From assembly GCA_950097015.1 (NCBI GenBank), contig CATNEN010000014.1, positions 372,001-436,000 of the forward strand: a DNA stretch of 64,000 nt, in the 5' to 3' direction. The notes beneath the pieces were generated by a model. It worked only from the letters and a program-made list of their open reading frames with translations. It ran no database searches and was not told the DNA's origin. This stretch comes from Macrostomum hystrix. Taxonomy: Eukaryota > Animalia > Platyhelminthes. The position numbers were made by a program, and so were the translations under genes. Positions 13,901-26,917 of the stretch are shown here, piece by piece. How positions within the stretch are numbered: the stretch's first letter is position 1; each line of letters begins with the position of its first letter.

Positions 13901-16900
13901 AGTGAGGCAGGAGACAGTGGCAGTGAGGCAGGAGACAGTGGCAGTGAGGCAGGAGACAGTGGCAGTGAGGCAGGAGACAGTGGCAGTGAGGCAGGAGACA
14001 GTGGCAGTGAGGCAGGAGACAGTGGCAGTGAGTCAGCCGAGCGAAGCCAATCCTGTTTAATGCCGAAATCTCGTCTGCCAATTCCCGCAGCTGGTTGTGG
14101 AATGGGATATTTTGTGGCGATCATGGATGGAGGGCGTGGTCGATGGGAATTTAGGAATCGATACAGAAGCGGTGTCAGATTTCGAGACAGCGCAGCTCGT
14201 TGTTCCGCAGTGGCAGACTCAATATGCAATGCATTGTTCGCGTGCCCATTGTTTGGCTCTAAGCGAAATGTCCCGTGTCCGATTGAAGGCTTGCTGGATG
14301 GCTTGTCATAAACCTGTATCTTTCTGGCCGTGTTCTATTTCCTCCTGTCTGCCTTCCATGAAATTTGCCTTGCCCTCAGCTCTCGGTTCTATTTTCCCGG
14401 GCCATAAACAGGAAAACTGTGCGGCTGTGCGGGCGAACTCCGATCAGTCAGTTCACATTTCACTGCGCAGGCACAATGGATCTGTTTTATTGCACTGGCT
14501 ATGCCAGTTTGGGAAAAATCTGTTATAAGCATCTTGTCTCAATCCCAATATTCCATCTGAGAGAATTCTTGACTCGCGCAGTCTAGCCAAGCCGTCCCGC
14601 ATTGATCCCAAACCCCCTGCACAATATGCGGGCAATATGGCTGGGCACGAGACCCACCTTTGACTGCCCCGGAGCAAAATGGAGCCAGCCGGGACCCTCC
14701 TTCCCTGCTTTTCCTGCATTTTGGTTCCCTTTGTGCCTGGGCTTCAAGCACGAAATGCCCACCTGCATGTCACGTGCAGCCTTCTGCACTTTTACAGTTG
14801 GAGCAGAGCCGACTTCTGCTTTCTTTGTCCTCAGCCTCCTATCCTCAGCGCCAACTCCCAGAGTCTTTGTTCGATTCAACACACTCTTAATGTCAATGCA
14901 GTCAGAAGCTTTGTGAGCTCAGTCAGAACTTTCTTGCGCTTTCAGAGCACCAATAATTCCTCACTGTCTTCTGTCAACTGCTCTCATTCACCATCCCACC
15001 CCTCATTCACCATCCCACCCCTCATTCACCATCCCACCCCTCATTCACAATCCCACCCCTCATTCACTAAAGCTACAATTTCTCGCATTCTGCAGGTTGC
15101 ACAAATGCCATTGTTGTGTACCACGTGTCTTCCAGTTCTATTCATTTGATTCATTCAGTCTGTGTGTGCCAGAAATTTTTTCGTAATTATCTCAACTGGT
15201 TGAGGCTTTGAGCATGGCAAATCAACAAGTAATAAGCGGAGTCACTTGTCCTCTCAAATTCACACATTTTTAGCAAGAAATGAGGGCTGAGAGCACCAGG
15301 CCACCTGGCCATGTGACACTTTCCGGGGCGCTGAGGCTCGCGGATTTCTGCTCCTAGCGCTCTGCTTCACTCTCCAAGCTGCGTGAGCACACTCTCCAAT
15401 GCTTTTTTGCACTCGAGTGCAGTTTGAGAGCTCAGCGCCCAGCCCGCTAAGCCTTACCGCGCGCTGTCGGGTCCCCGAAGCCCCCCGGCGTGCAGGTTTT
15501 CCAGGAAATGGCAGAAAAAACTGACAAGTGGGTGACGGCTCGGTGGGCGGGGCCAAGGCGCCTCGCTGTTCAGCTGACGGTTCGGGCCCAGCGGGAGGGC
15601 GGGACTCGAACCCGCGACCTGCCAGTGGGGGCCGATTCAAGCTTGTGACTGACAGGCACTCGATGAGCTCATTGATTGGATCTGCTTTTTTATTCTCGAA
15701 CTGCTCAATGAGCTGGTCCGCATAGTTGTGGGGGTCCGCACCCTTGACAAGCTGGAGAAGTGGCGCCGCTATCTGCTGAGCTCATCTCCGCTTCCCTTCT
15801 TTGCTCTATAGGGGGTCGCCCCACACTGTCAAATTCTCTCCCGAATTTATTCTCGGATTTATTGATGAAGCGGTGATTGACGTGCCGCATGCCTCATCAA
15901 TTATTTTCCTATTTTCGCGAGGGCCAAGTCCATGGGCTGCCGGTAAGTCGGCTGAGGGTTAGACTGCATTTCTGAAGTGCCTTACGGATCATGTCTTATG
16001 ATTGTCTCATTCTCAAGACTGTCTCATTCTCAAGACTGTCTCATTCTCAAGACTGTCTCATTCTCAAGACTGTCTCATTCTCAAGATTGTCTCATTCTCA
16101 AGACTGTCTCATTCTCAAGACTGTCTCATTCTCAAGACTGTCTCATTCTCAAGACTGTCTCATTCTCAAGACTGTCTCATTCTCAAGACTGTCTCATTCT
16201 CAAGACTGTCTCATTCTCAAGACTGTCTCATTCTCAAGACTGTCTCATTCTCAAGACTGTCTCATTCTCAAGATTGTCTCATTCTCAAGACTGTCTCATT
16301 CTCAAGACTGTCTCATTCTCAAGACTGTCTCATTCTCAAGACTGTCTCATTCTCAAGACTGTCTCATTCTCAAGACTGTCTCATTCTCAAGACTGTCTCA
16401 TTCTCAAGACTGTCTCATTCTCAAGACTGTCTCATTCTCAAGACTGTCTCATTCTCAAGATTGTCTCATTCTCAAGACTGTCTCATTCTCAAGATTTTCT
16501 TTTTTTGAGATTGTCTTATTTTAGAGAGTTAGAGCGAGAGGGAGAGGCAGAGGGAGAGGTAGAGGTAGAGTGAGAGGGAGAGGTAGAGTGAGAGGGAGAG
16601 GTAGAGCGAGAGGTAGAGGTAGAGTGAGAGGGAGAGGTAGAGTGAGAGGGAGAGGTAGCGTGAGAGGGAGAGGTAGAGTGAGAGGGAGAGGTGAGTGTGG
16701 TAGAGAGAGGTAGACTGAAAAGATCATATTTAGACTGACTGAGTTTCATAGAAATGTGGAACTTCGGCCCGCTTTAAATGTAGGCGCGCCTCTCTTTAAC
16801 AGACTGCTCCACTGCTCAGGCATAGGGAATAATAAAACTTCCCAAGAAATAGCCTTGACAGCACAGAATGGGAATACAATGTTGGATGAATGAAATTATG

Positions 16901-19900
16901 ATTACTATTACTTCTCAAAACTCGTTACGCCGTCTTGAGCAGACAATGGCTAGAATTTCTCCCGCATGGGATCTGACTGTTTGCGCCACAACCCGCAGGG
17001 CGCTACAGGCGGGAATAATGTATTTGAAATGGGAAATCTTGTTCCAAGCAGAATAAGTTTGGGCAATTCTGGCCGCCAAGGCTGCGGCTATGCAGTGGGC
17101 GGCAGGTCGCCTGTTGCGCCAGTCCCGCGCAACCGCCCGCACGCCACCTGCGGCGCCCGAAGCGGCCGCTCCATCCCTCATGACAGGCAGGCAATGCGGC
17201 TATGCGGACACGCGACGGCTTGAGTTGATTTGAGTCGGCTTGAGTCCATTGTCTGTGGGTTCGTGTTCTCAGTCCGCAGCTCAGAAATCTCATTCCACAA
17301 TAAGGCTGGTTGCGCAAACTGTGGCCCGCTGTATCGCTAGCAGGTCGATACTCCCACTCGCTAAGCTGAGCTCAAAACTTGTCCCTGAATTAACGGCCCT
17401 GGAGCCTACCCTTTCCTCAGTATCCGTGCCGCACCTCAGCCTGGTGGGCCGCCCCCGCCCCGCCCATCACCATGTTTTTTACCTTCCCCCTTGGGCACTG
17501 AGCTTGGGAAAGCCAACCCGTCATTTACCGCCAGGCCATGGATACGAGCCAGTCTGCTACCCTGCATGTTTTTTATCCCCCCTCAGGTGAGTTCATCCAT
17601 CACTATCGAATCCCCCCGGGCAAGTCCTGGATGGGGAGTGGGGGATGTGGCACGGTCCGTTGCGCAAGCAGGCAACAAGCCGTCTCCGCTGTCTCTGCCA
17701 GCTCCTTTGACCTCCTCCGCCGCATCCCACTGACCCCAGAGGTCAGCCTCACAGGCGCGGCGATCATTTCCGCTACGCTTGCGGCTTGTGTAGAATCCCC
17801 TGCCAGCGCCTCGCCATGCAGGTGCCCTCGCGGACAGGCACGAAATACGCTGGGAAACTCTTGGATCAGAGTATGGGACATTCTTGGATCAGAGTATGGG
17901 ATATTCTTGAATCAGAGTATGGGATATTCTTGGATCAGAGTATTGGAAACTCTTGAATCAGAGTATGGGATATTCTTGAATCAGAGTATGGGATATTCTT
18001 GGATCAGAGTATGGGATATTCTTGAATCAGAGTATGGGATATTCTTGAATCAGAGTATGGGATATTCTTGAATCAGAGTATGGGATATTCTTGGATCAGA
18101 GTATGGGATATTCTTGAATCAGAGTATGGGATATTCTTGAATCAGAGTATGGGATATTCTTGGATCAGAGTATGGGATATTCTTGGATCAGAGTATGGGA
18201 TATTCTTGGATCAGAGTATGGGATATTCTTGAATCAGAGTATGGGATATTCTTGAATCAGAGTATGGGATATTCTTGGATCAGAGTATGGGATATTCTTG
18301 GATCAGAGTATGGGATATTCTTGGAGGCACGGAGCGAGTCAGCTCCATGATTGATGCTCTCTCTGGCCCTACTAATGACTTCGTGAAGCTGATCAAGCGA
18401 ATATTGTGAACACACCCAGGGCAGAGTTGTCAGTGCCTACACTCATCCGAGCTGAGCAAAGGGCATGCAGCTCATCAATCCTTATCTAGGGAAGCTCGAC
18501 TGCACCGACTGGGATCATTGAGGCACCGTTGCTATGGCGCGTCACTGGTTCGATTGTGTTTGAGATTGAGAAGTCTCCAGTTTGATCAATATTCCTAAGA
18601 TTAAATCCTTTTAATAACTGTGCGAAGATTCCGTTTTGTTCTCCGTGTTCGGCTGACTGCCGCGGGACACCATGAAGGCCCGCAAACAAATCCTCGTGAT
18701 TGATTTCCGGGCACGCTTCTCTTCTAGGAGCTCACGACAGTGCCTAGCTCCTGTTTGCCCATCTTTCTCTGCCTACTGCGCGCATTGTCCCATTGTTCCG
18801 CCTGTTTGCTCACTGCCAGACCCGTCTTGTGGATGCTGGGGTGGGAGGCATTGTGCCGCATTGTCATGACCTCGGTGTGGATTGTTGGGCGTAGGGGAGG
18901 GGCAGCGACCTACCTGTTGGGTGGCCCGTTATGGCTGTATAATGTGGGATTTGTTAAGCAAACAAATTCCTCCTACCTACGGCTCTGCAGTATGGGTATC
19001 AGTGACTGCTCTGTGACAGCTCTGTGACAGCTCTGTGACTGCTCCGGTTGGCGGGAGAGGCAAACACGCGCGCGGGCGCAGCTGCTCGGTCGTGTTTTTT
19101 ATTCCCATCTTGGGATTCGAATCGAACAGGGTCCCAAAACAAAGCATATTGCTTTTTATTTAGAGAAGAATGGGATTTTAACTTGAAATGAGTTTTGCGC
19201 AAACAAAACTCGGGTGCAGCTGGAATAACTGCGGACTTGGGATAAAGCTAGGGAAAGTCTGAGGGAGTTTTGCATGCCTCAGTATAGAATTGTTAATCGC
19301 TCATTTATCTTATTAGCCTCTTAAAGCCCATTAACTGAGCAAGTGGAACAGCTGGGCAGTTAGGCGAGACTTAGCGGCTGACCACACTTACGCTCTGTCC
19401 CATCTTATTCTTAAGTACTCACGCACCAGCTCAATGGAGCGCTTAATTTCGAGTGATCTACTCCATTCACTGGCTAAGTCCTTGGTTTATAGCAGTCCCT
19501 AAGTCCCTCGTTTATTCCTGTCCCGGTGGAGGGTCTGTTTTTGCCGGACTGAGGTGGGCAGGGGCAGCCACGGCAACCCCTGCTGCAAAGCCGCTTGCAG
19601 AAGTCAGCGAGCCCAACTTTAAAAGCGCTTAGCGCTGGCATTAGCAATTTCGCCACCAGAATGTGAAAATCTCCGCACCTTTCTTCGTCGCATGCGCAGG
19701 CCACTGCCAGGGCCCTCTGGCCCCCAACCAATCAGCGACAGCGATAGTGCGCCTCCCCCAATCCCCACTCACACTTCCACCACTAGGCCTGGGGGGTGGT
19801 CTTGCAAAGTGGCGGAATATAAGCAGGACCCCCTGGAAAGATGTGGCCTCAAACTGCCTTCTCTCAAAGCCAGTCGCGTGCCATTAAAGCAATAAGCCAA

Positions 19901-20787
19901 TTCGCACCTGAACTAGCAAAGCGACCCGCATCAGAACAGTCTTTATGGCACCTGCAACGCCGCACCTCAGCCGCAGCGGCCGTAGCTTCCGCCGCCTGAG
20001 AAGCCTCACCAGGTCCTGCCGGCGAAAGCAGCCGCTGCAGCCGCCGCTCGACACGCCACCGCCGCCCGTCGCCCTGCTCGCGGCTTCTCCCTGCCCTCTG
20101 GGTTTCCTGGCCTTCTCCGCGCCACCAAGTCCCCTCACTCCAGCCTGCTCGATGCCGCAGCCACAGCCGCAGCTGTCGTGGCTCCGACGACTGGGCGGCC
20201 GATTGCCGCGCACTCCGTTCCGACGCCATCTCCGGCTCCCAGCCGTAGCGGCAAACCGCCTGCAGCGCCAGAAGGCGCGCCTTCGCCAGCATCAGCAGCA
20301 GCAGCGGCACATTCAGGCTCAACTCACCCCCACCTCACTGTCCCTCTTTGCCGCAGCCTGCCGCGCCGCGCTGGCCGCCCGACGCAGCCGCGGAGGCGAC
20401 ACGGAAGGAGCCGCTGGGGATGCCACGCCGGTCGCTGTCGCCCTTCGTCGCGCACCGCCACAGCCTCCAGCTCGATTCCCGCCACCAGCGTTTGATACGG
20501 GATCAATGGTGAGGTCTTTTTTGCTATTTTTAGTTCTCTTACTACCTGCTGATTAAAGTAGTATATTTCCATAATCATAGGAGGGTATCGATAAATTCCA
20601 TTCTGCAACTCCATCGGAGAATTTCCTGCCTTTCAAAACAAACTAGATCTGCCTCGCTCACTTCTCTTAAGATAATATTAATTAACTTAGACTTACAATT
20701 TATTGCCAACTCCATTTGACACTAACAGGAGAGCCAGCTGTCAGAGGAGAAGATCTTCCACTCAAGAAATGGCTCAGCTGCCCACCT

Positions 20788-20822
<35 letters not shown>

Positions 20823-23800
20823 CAAATGCTCTGAGGGTGAGTCCATATAAATTCTAAACATTTGTATGCCAATGCGCTGGAGGATGGCCAAGACCCGTCT
20901 CAGTCACACAGAGCACTTTATACACAGTTCCTGTGTTCTGTCCACGATTGCCCGCCCTGCCGATATGTATCGAAAATCTTATAAACACTTGCCGAAATTC
21001 TCGCTTGTGGCCCAGCCGCGGTACTCGCAGCCACCGCAGCCAGCGGCCTCCGTGCAGCTGCGCCCGAAGCCAACGCTGCCAGAGCGGCTGTCCAGGCAGC
21101 GGCCTAGCTCGCAGTTGCTGCAGCCGACGTCCGCCGCTGTCTCCGGCAACGTCGCCCCGCACGTGACGCTGCGACCGAAACGACCTCCGGTCAGGCGGGC
21201 CTCATCTGTGGCCACCGAGAGCCACAAGGTGGAGAAATCTGGCCGAGCCTTCAAGCCCCAAGCGCTGGTGTAGCAGCCCCCTTCTGAAATGATAAATCCT
21301 GCTGTTTGGCGGCCTAATAATCGACTGATTTTCTGCATAATCCCAGCTTCAGGAGTGAACTAATCACAGCTCAAAATTAACTCATAATCATATCGAATAT
21401 CCTAAAATCTGCAGCTTTATGATTAGCGAGCTCTGCTACTCTCAGTAGAAAGTCGCGTGTGAGTCGGCTGGAATTCTAAAATGTTTTTGAGTAGCTTATA
21501 ACCCTGATTGTTATAACATGCTGCCTCCTTGACGTGAATCTGATGTTCCTCTGCCTAACAATGCCTCTTAGCAGCTTAACTCTTTCTCAAAGTCATGATC
21601 CCATTTCCCTGCAGAACCTGACCGCCACTCGGCCGCAGCTACGGCCAGCCGCCAACCCACCGGATGCCGAAGGTCGAGCCCGAAACTCCTTCAGCCTCGC
21701 TCAGGTGAGCAGGGAAAACTTTTCTGGCGGGTCTTGTCACCTTCGAAATATGGATGAGCTAAAATCCCATAGACCAGAAAATGCCATATTCGAAATATGG
21801 ATGAGCTAAAATCCCATAGACCAGAAAATGCCATATTCGAAATATGGATGAGCTAAAATCCCATAGACCAGAAAATGCCATATTCGAAATATGGATGAGC
21901 TAAAATCCCATAGACCAGAAAATGCCATATTCGAAATATGGATGAGCTAAAATCCCATAGACCAGAAAATGCCATATTCGAAATAGCAAAGAGGCGAATC
22001 TAGCTGGCAATTAAAAGCAGCGCTGCCCACCCACCCCACTCATCCCACAGGAACAACGACTGCAGCAGCCAGTCATGCCAACAGCTGCACCTCCGCAGAT
22101 TCCGCTGAGGGACAAGCGAGCCAGTCAGCAGCCAACAGCGATGTTGCAGACGGTGAGTGAGCTGGAGTAGGGAGCTAGAGTATCCTGCGATCCATCAATC
22201 CTATCCTGCAATACATAGATCCTATCCTGCAATACATAGATCCTATCCTGCAATCCATCAATCCTATCCTGCAATACATAGATCCTATCCTGCAATACAT
22301 AGATCCTATCCTGCAATCCATCAATCCTATCCTGCAATACATAGATCCTATCCTGCAATACATAGATCCTATCCTGCAATCCATCAATCCTATCCTGCAA
22401 TACATAGATCCTATCCTGCAATACATAGATCCTATCCTGCAATCCATCAATCCTATCCTGCAATACATAGATCCTATCCTGCAATCCATCAATCCTATCC
22501 TGCAATACATAGATCCTATCCTGCAATACATAGATCCTATCCTGCAATACATCAATCCTATCCTGCAATACATAGATCCTATCCTGCAATACATAGATCC
22601 TATCCTGCAATACATAGATCCTATCCTGCAATACATAGATCCTATCCTGCAATACATAGATCCTATCCTGCAATACATAGATCCTATCCTGCAATCCATC
22701 AATCCTATCCTGCAATACATAGATCCTGTCCTGCAATCCATCAATCCTATCCTGCAATACATAGATCCTATCCTGCAATACATAGATCCTATCCTGCAAT
22801 CCATCAATCCTATCCTGCAATACATAGATCCTATCCTGCAATACATAGATCCTATCCTGCAATACATAGATCCTATCCTGCAATACATAGATCCTATCCT
22901 GCAATACATAGATCCTATCCTGCAATACATAGATCCTATCCTGCAATACATAGATCCTATCCTGCAATCCATCAATCCTATCCTGCAATACATAGATCCT
23001 ATCCTGCAATACATAGATCCTATCCTGCAATACATCAATCCTATCCTGCAATACATAGATCCTATCCTGCAATACATAGATCCTATCCTGCAATCCATCA
23101 ATCCTATCCTGCAATCCATCAATCCTATCCTGCAATACATAGATCCTATCCTGCAATACATAGATCCTATCCTGCAATACATAGATCCTATCCTGCAATA
23201 CATAGATCCTATCCTGCAATACATAGATCCTATCCTGCAATACATAGATCCTATCCTGCAATCCATCAATCCTATCCTGCAATCCATCAATCCTATCCTG
23301 CAATACATAGATCCTATCCTGCAATACATAGATCCTGTCCTGCAATCCATCAATCCTATCCTGCAATACATAGATCCTGTCCTGCAATCCATCAATCCTG
23401 TCCTGCAATCCATTAATCCTGTCCTGCAATCCATCAATCCTGTCCTGCAATCCATCAATCCTGTCCTGCAATCCATCAATCCTGTCCTGCAATACATAGA
23501 TCCTATCCTGCAATACATAGATCCTATCCTGCAATCCATCAATCCTATCCTGCAATACATAGATCCTATCCTGCAATACATAGATCCTATCCTGCAATCC
23601 ATCAATCCTATCCTGCAATACATAGATCCTATCCTGCAATACATAGATCCTATCCTGCAATACATAGATCCTATCCTGCAATCCATCAATCCTATCCTGC
23701 AATACATAGATCCTGTCCTGCAATCCATCAATCCTATCCTGCAATACATAGATCCTATCCTGCAATACATAGATCCTATCCTGCAATCCATCAATCCTAT

Positions 23801-26344
23801 CCTGCAATACATAGATCCTATCCTGCAATACATAGATCCTATCCTGCAATTCATCAATCCTATCCTGCAATACATAGATCCTATCCTGCAATACATAGAT
23901 CCTATCCTGCAATCCATCAATCCTATCCTGCAATACATAGATCCTATCCTGCAATACATAGATCCTATCCTGCAATACATAGATCCTATCCTGCAATCCA
24001 TCAATCCTATCCTGCAATACATAGATCCTGTCCTGCAATCCATCAATCCTATCCTGCAATACATAGATCCTATCCTGCAATACATAGATCCTATCCTGCA
24101 ATCCATCAATCCTATCCTGCAATACATAGATCCTATCCTGCAATACATAGATCCTATCCTGCAATACATAGATCCTATCCTGCAATACATAGATCCTATC
24201 CTGCAATACATAGATCCTATCCTGCAATACATAGATCCTATCCTGCAATACATAGATCCTATCCTGCAATCCATCAATCCTATCCTGCAATACATAGATC
24301 CTATCCTGCAATACATAGATCCTATCCTGCAATACATCAATCCTATCCTGCAATACATAGATCCTATCCTGCAATACATAGATCCTATCCTGCAATCCAT
24401 CAATCCTATCCTGCAATCCATCAATCCTATCCTGCAATACATAGATCCTATCCTGCAATACATAGATCCTATCCTGCAATACATAGATCCTATCCTGCAA
24501 TACATAGATCCTATCCTGCAATACATAGATCCTATCCTGCAATACATAGATCCTATCCTGCAATCCATCAATCCTATCCTGCAATCCATCAATCCTATCC
24601 TGCAATACATAGATCCTATCCTGCAATACATAGATCCTATCCTGCAATCCATCAATCCTATCCTGCAATACATAGATCCTATCCTGCAATACATAGATCC
24701 TATCCTGCAATACATAGATCCTATCCTGCAATACATAGATCCTGTCCTGCAATCCATCAATCCTATCCTGCAATACATAGATCCTGTCCTGCAATCCATC
24801 AATCCTGTCCTGCAATCCATTAATCCTGTCCTGCAATCCATCAATCCTGTCCTGCAATCCATCAATCCTGTCCTGCAATCCATCAATCCTGTCCTGCAAT
24901 CCATCAATCCTGTCCTGCAATCCATCAATCCTGTCCTGCAATCCATCAATCCTGTCCTGCAATCCATCAATCCTGTCCTGCAATCCATCAATCCTGTCCT
25001 GCAATACATAGATCCTGTCCTGCAATCCATCAATCCTGTCCTGCAATTCATCAATCCTGTACTGCAATCCTGCAATCCTGTCCTGCGATCCGAGGATAAT
25101 ATTCGGAAATGCAGAGATCCTATCCCGTATCCTGAAATCTGCAGCTCCAGCTTTCTGTTTCCGCTCTCGGTCTGGGTCTTAATATCATTCCGCTCCTCCA
25201 TTCTCCACAGGAGGCCGCAGCTCTGCCGCCGCCGCATCGCCGCTCGCACCTGTTCGGTTCGCCGCCCGAGGCTCCCGCTGTGTCAGTTGGCCCAGGCCGC
25301 GCCATTCCAGTGAAGCAGGGCGTCCTGGCCAAGCGCTGCAGCGGCGGCCTGTCCTCAGAGTGGCGCCGCAAATTCGTCACGCTGGGTGAGGACGGTCGCC
25401 TCACCTACTACGCCAGCCTGCACGAGTACATGGAGAACGGGCGCGGCCGCTGCATCGACCTCGGCCAGGCCACTGTCCGCCTGCAGGACCAGCCGCACCA
25501 TCATCACAAGCGTGGCAAGTCTGGCGGCAGCGGCGGGGCCGACGCTACCGGATTCGAACTCGTGACCCTCGACGGCCGGGTGCGGCAGTTCGAGGCCCCA
25601 AGCCGCGACGTTCGAGACGCCTGGGTGGCCGCACTGCGTGCCGCCACCCTCGGCCGTCTGCGCGCTGGCCGCAACGGCGATGTCGAGGGCGACGACGCAG
25701 CCGCTTTGCTTGAAGCAGCTCGCCGGTTGCCTGGCAACGACCGATGCGCCGACTGCGGTGCCGCTCAGCCCGAGTGGGCCAGCGTGAGCCTCGGCCTCCT
25801 CATCTGCCTGCGCTGCAGTGGCGCCCACCGCCAGCTCGGCACCCACCTTAGCCGCGTGCGCTCACTTCACCTAGACTCCTGGACCACCAGCCACGCCCTG
25901 CCGCTCAGCGTCGTTGGCAACGCCCTTGGTAACAGCGTCTGGGAGGCGCGGCTCCCACCTGGTACCCGACCATCGCTAGGCGCTGAGAGTGCCGAGTGGG
26001 AAGCTTTCGCCCGAGCCAAGTATGAGCGCGGCGCCTTCCTGCCCGACGACGCCCGGCCAGCCGACATCGCCGAGGCCGCCGAATCTGGGGACACTCGCCG
26101 ACTGCTTGCCGCACTGGCCCGCGCCCGACCAGTCGACTTGGACGCTCTGCCAGCTGACTCGGCCCGCCTGCCACCGCTGCACGCCTGCGCCACCGCGGGC
26201 AACCGTGGTCACCTCCAGCTGCTGCTGTGGCGTGGCGCCAACCCCGCCGTCAGGGACCGCCGCGGCCGCACGGCCGGTGACTGCGCCAGGGCTGCTGGCC
26301 ATGCCGATTGCGAAAAGCTTCTAACGCAGTTGGACTCCTCCTGA
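7958..26344 (+). CDS. AGAP1: AGAP / centaurin-gamma ArfGAP (GTPase-like + PH + ArfGAP + ankyrin), 11 exons, about 906 aa
   Basis: Exons 7958-8141, 8944-9002, 9225-9312, 10996-11223, 11337-11486, 20144-20508, 20729-20836, 21016-21228 (donor uncertain), 21615-21704, 22051-22152, 25211-26344; phases are consistent throughout. Motifs: [85 protein letters not shown] (PH), CADC-x16-CLRC zinc finger, ankyrin repeats. The middle low-complexity exons are less certain. Confidence 0.88.
10195..10965. repeat. About 21-bp C-rich minisatellite, AGAP intron 3
   Basis: Unit approximately cacacagacctgtatttgccc with length variants; ends about 30 nt before the acceptor at 10995. Confidence 0.95.
11690..12300. 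repeat. Polypyrimidine low-complexity array, AGAP intron 5
   Basis: (ccccattccccttctt)n-like tract, almost purine-free on the + strand. Confidence 0.9.
12888..14032. repeat. Compound array: 8-bp (tgtgagac)n to about 13835, then 21-bp (gagacagtggcagtgaggcag)n
   Basis: Direct reading; variants tgtgagat, tgcgagac and tgagtc are interspersed. Confidence 0.95.
16003..16715. repeat. 17-bp array (actgtctcattctcaag)n at 16003-16497, followed by an 18-bp purine array (gagggagaggtagagtga)n at 16528-16715
   Basis: Direct reading; about 29 and about 10 copies respectively. Confidence 0.95.
17870..18323. repeat. 23-bp minisatellite, AGAP intron 5
   Basis: Unit gatcagagtatgggatattcttg (g/a variant), about 19 copies. 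Confidence 0.95.
21745..21985. repeat. 47-bp minisatellite, AGAP intron 9
   Basis: Unit gaaatatggatgagctaaaatcccatagaccagaaaatgccatattc, 5 copies. Confidence 0.95.
22183..25091. repeat. 21-bp minisatellite (2.9 kb), AGAP intron 10
   Basis: Two main variants, atcctatcctgcaatacatag and atcctatcctgcaatccatca; about 138 copies. Confidence 0.98.
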
Positions 26345-26917
26345 CGGCCCCGCGGCAACGCTTCCCATAGATTCTGAGCCTGTGTGATATGCCTAGATCA
26401 TTCAGTTACTTTGTGTACACAGATTTGCTTCGCGTTGACCGCTTAGTGTTCTTGCCGTGCCGCTCCCCGCACCAACGTTCCGTGCGTCCCTCCGTCCTGC
26501 AGCTCTTAAGCTCTCAGAGCTCGCCTGTGCAACACCCACAGACCCCCCCCCACACACACGCACAATTCTCATAATTTGTTTTCTCTCCTTGATTTCACCC
26601 AGATTTCTACGCACGTCCTGTGCTCGCTTTACTACTTGTTAGCTCTCTGGTTAGTAGCAGAAATGGGTGTTTTATTACATTATCGCCGTAATACAATAAT
26701 ATCTTAAGTGCCGCTGACTGCATTGATTCGGCTTCCTGTAATATTTTGTTTAAATTTTTATTAATCAGTTTTGTACATACTTGCTTATCGCTAATTGATA
26801 AAATGAATAATTACTAATTATACTTATTATGCTGCAGATAATGATTGCTATCTGACTAAACAACTCTCTAAGCAATGAATGGCTGTCTCATTATTTGCCG
26901 CTTTATACCGCTTGCCG

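Noticed and set aside
15596-15660. tRNA gene
   Set aside because: Only the T-arm is present; no acceptor stem, D-arm or anticodon arm can be folded.
19945-20143. Alternative AGAP start or larger exon from ATG 19945
   Set aside because: The strong pyrimidine-rich phase-1 acceptor at 20143 restores FTE-AC homology; the upstream ORF extension has no independent support.
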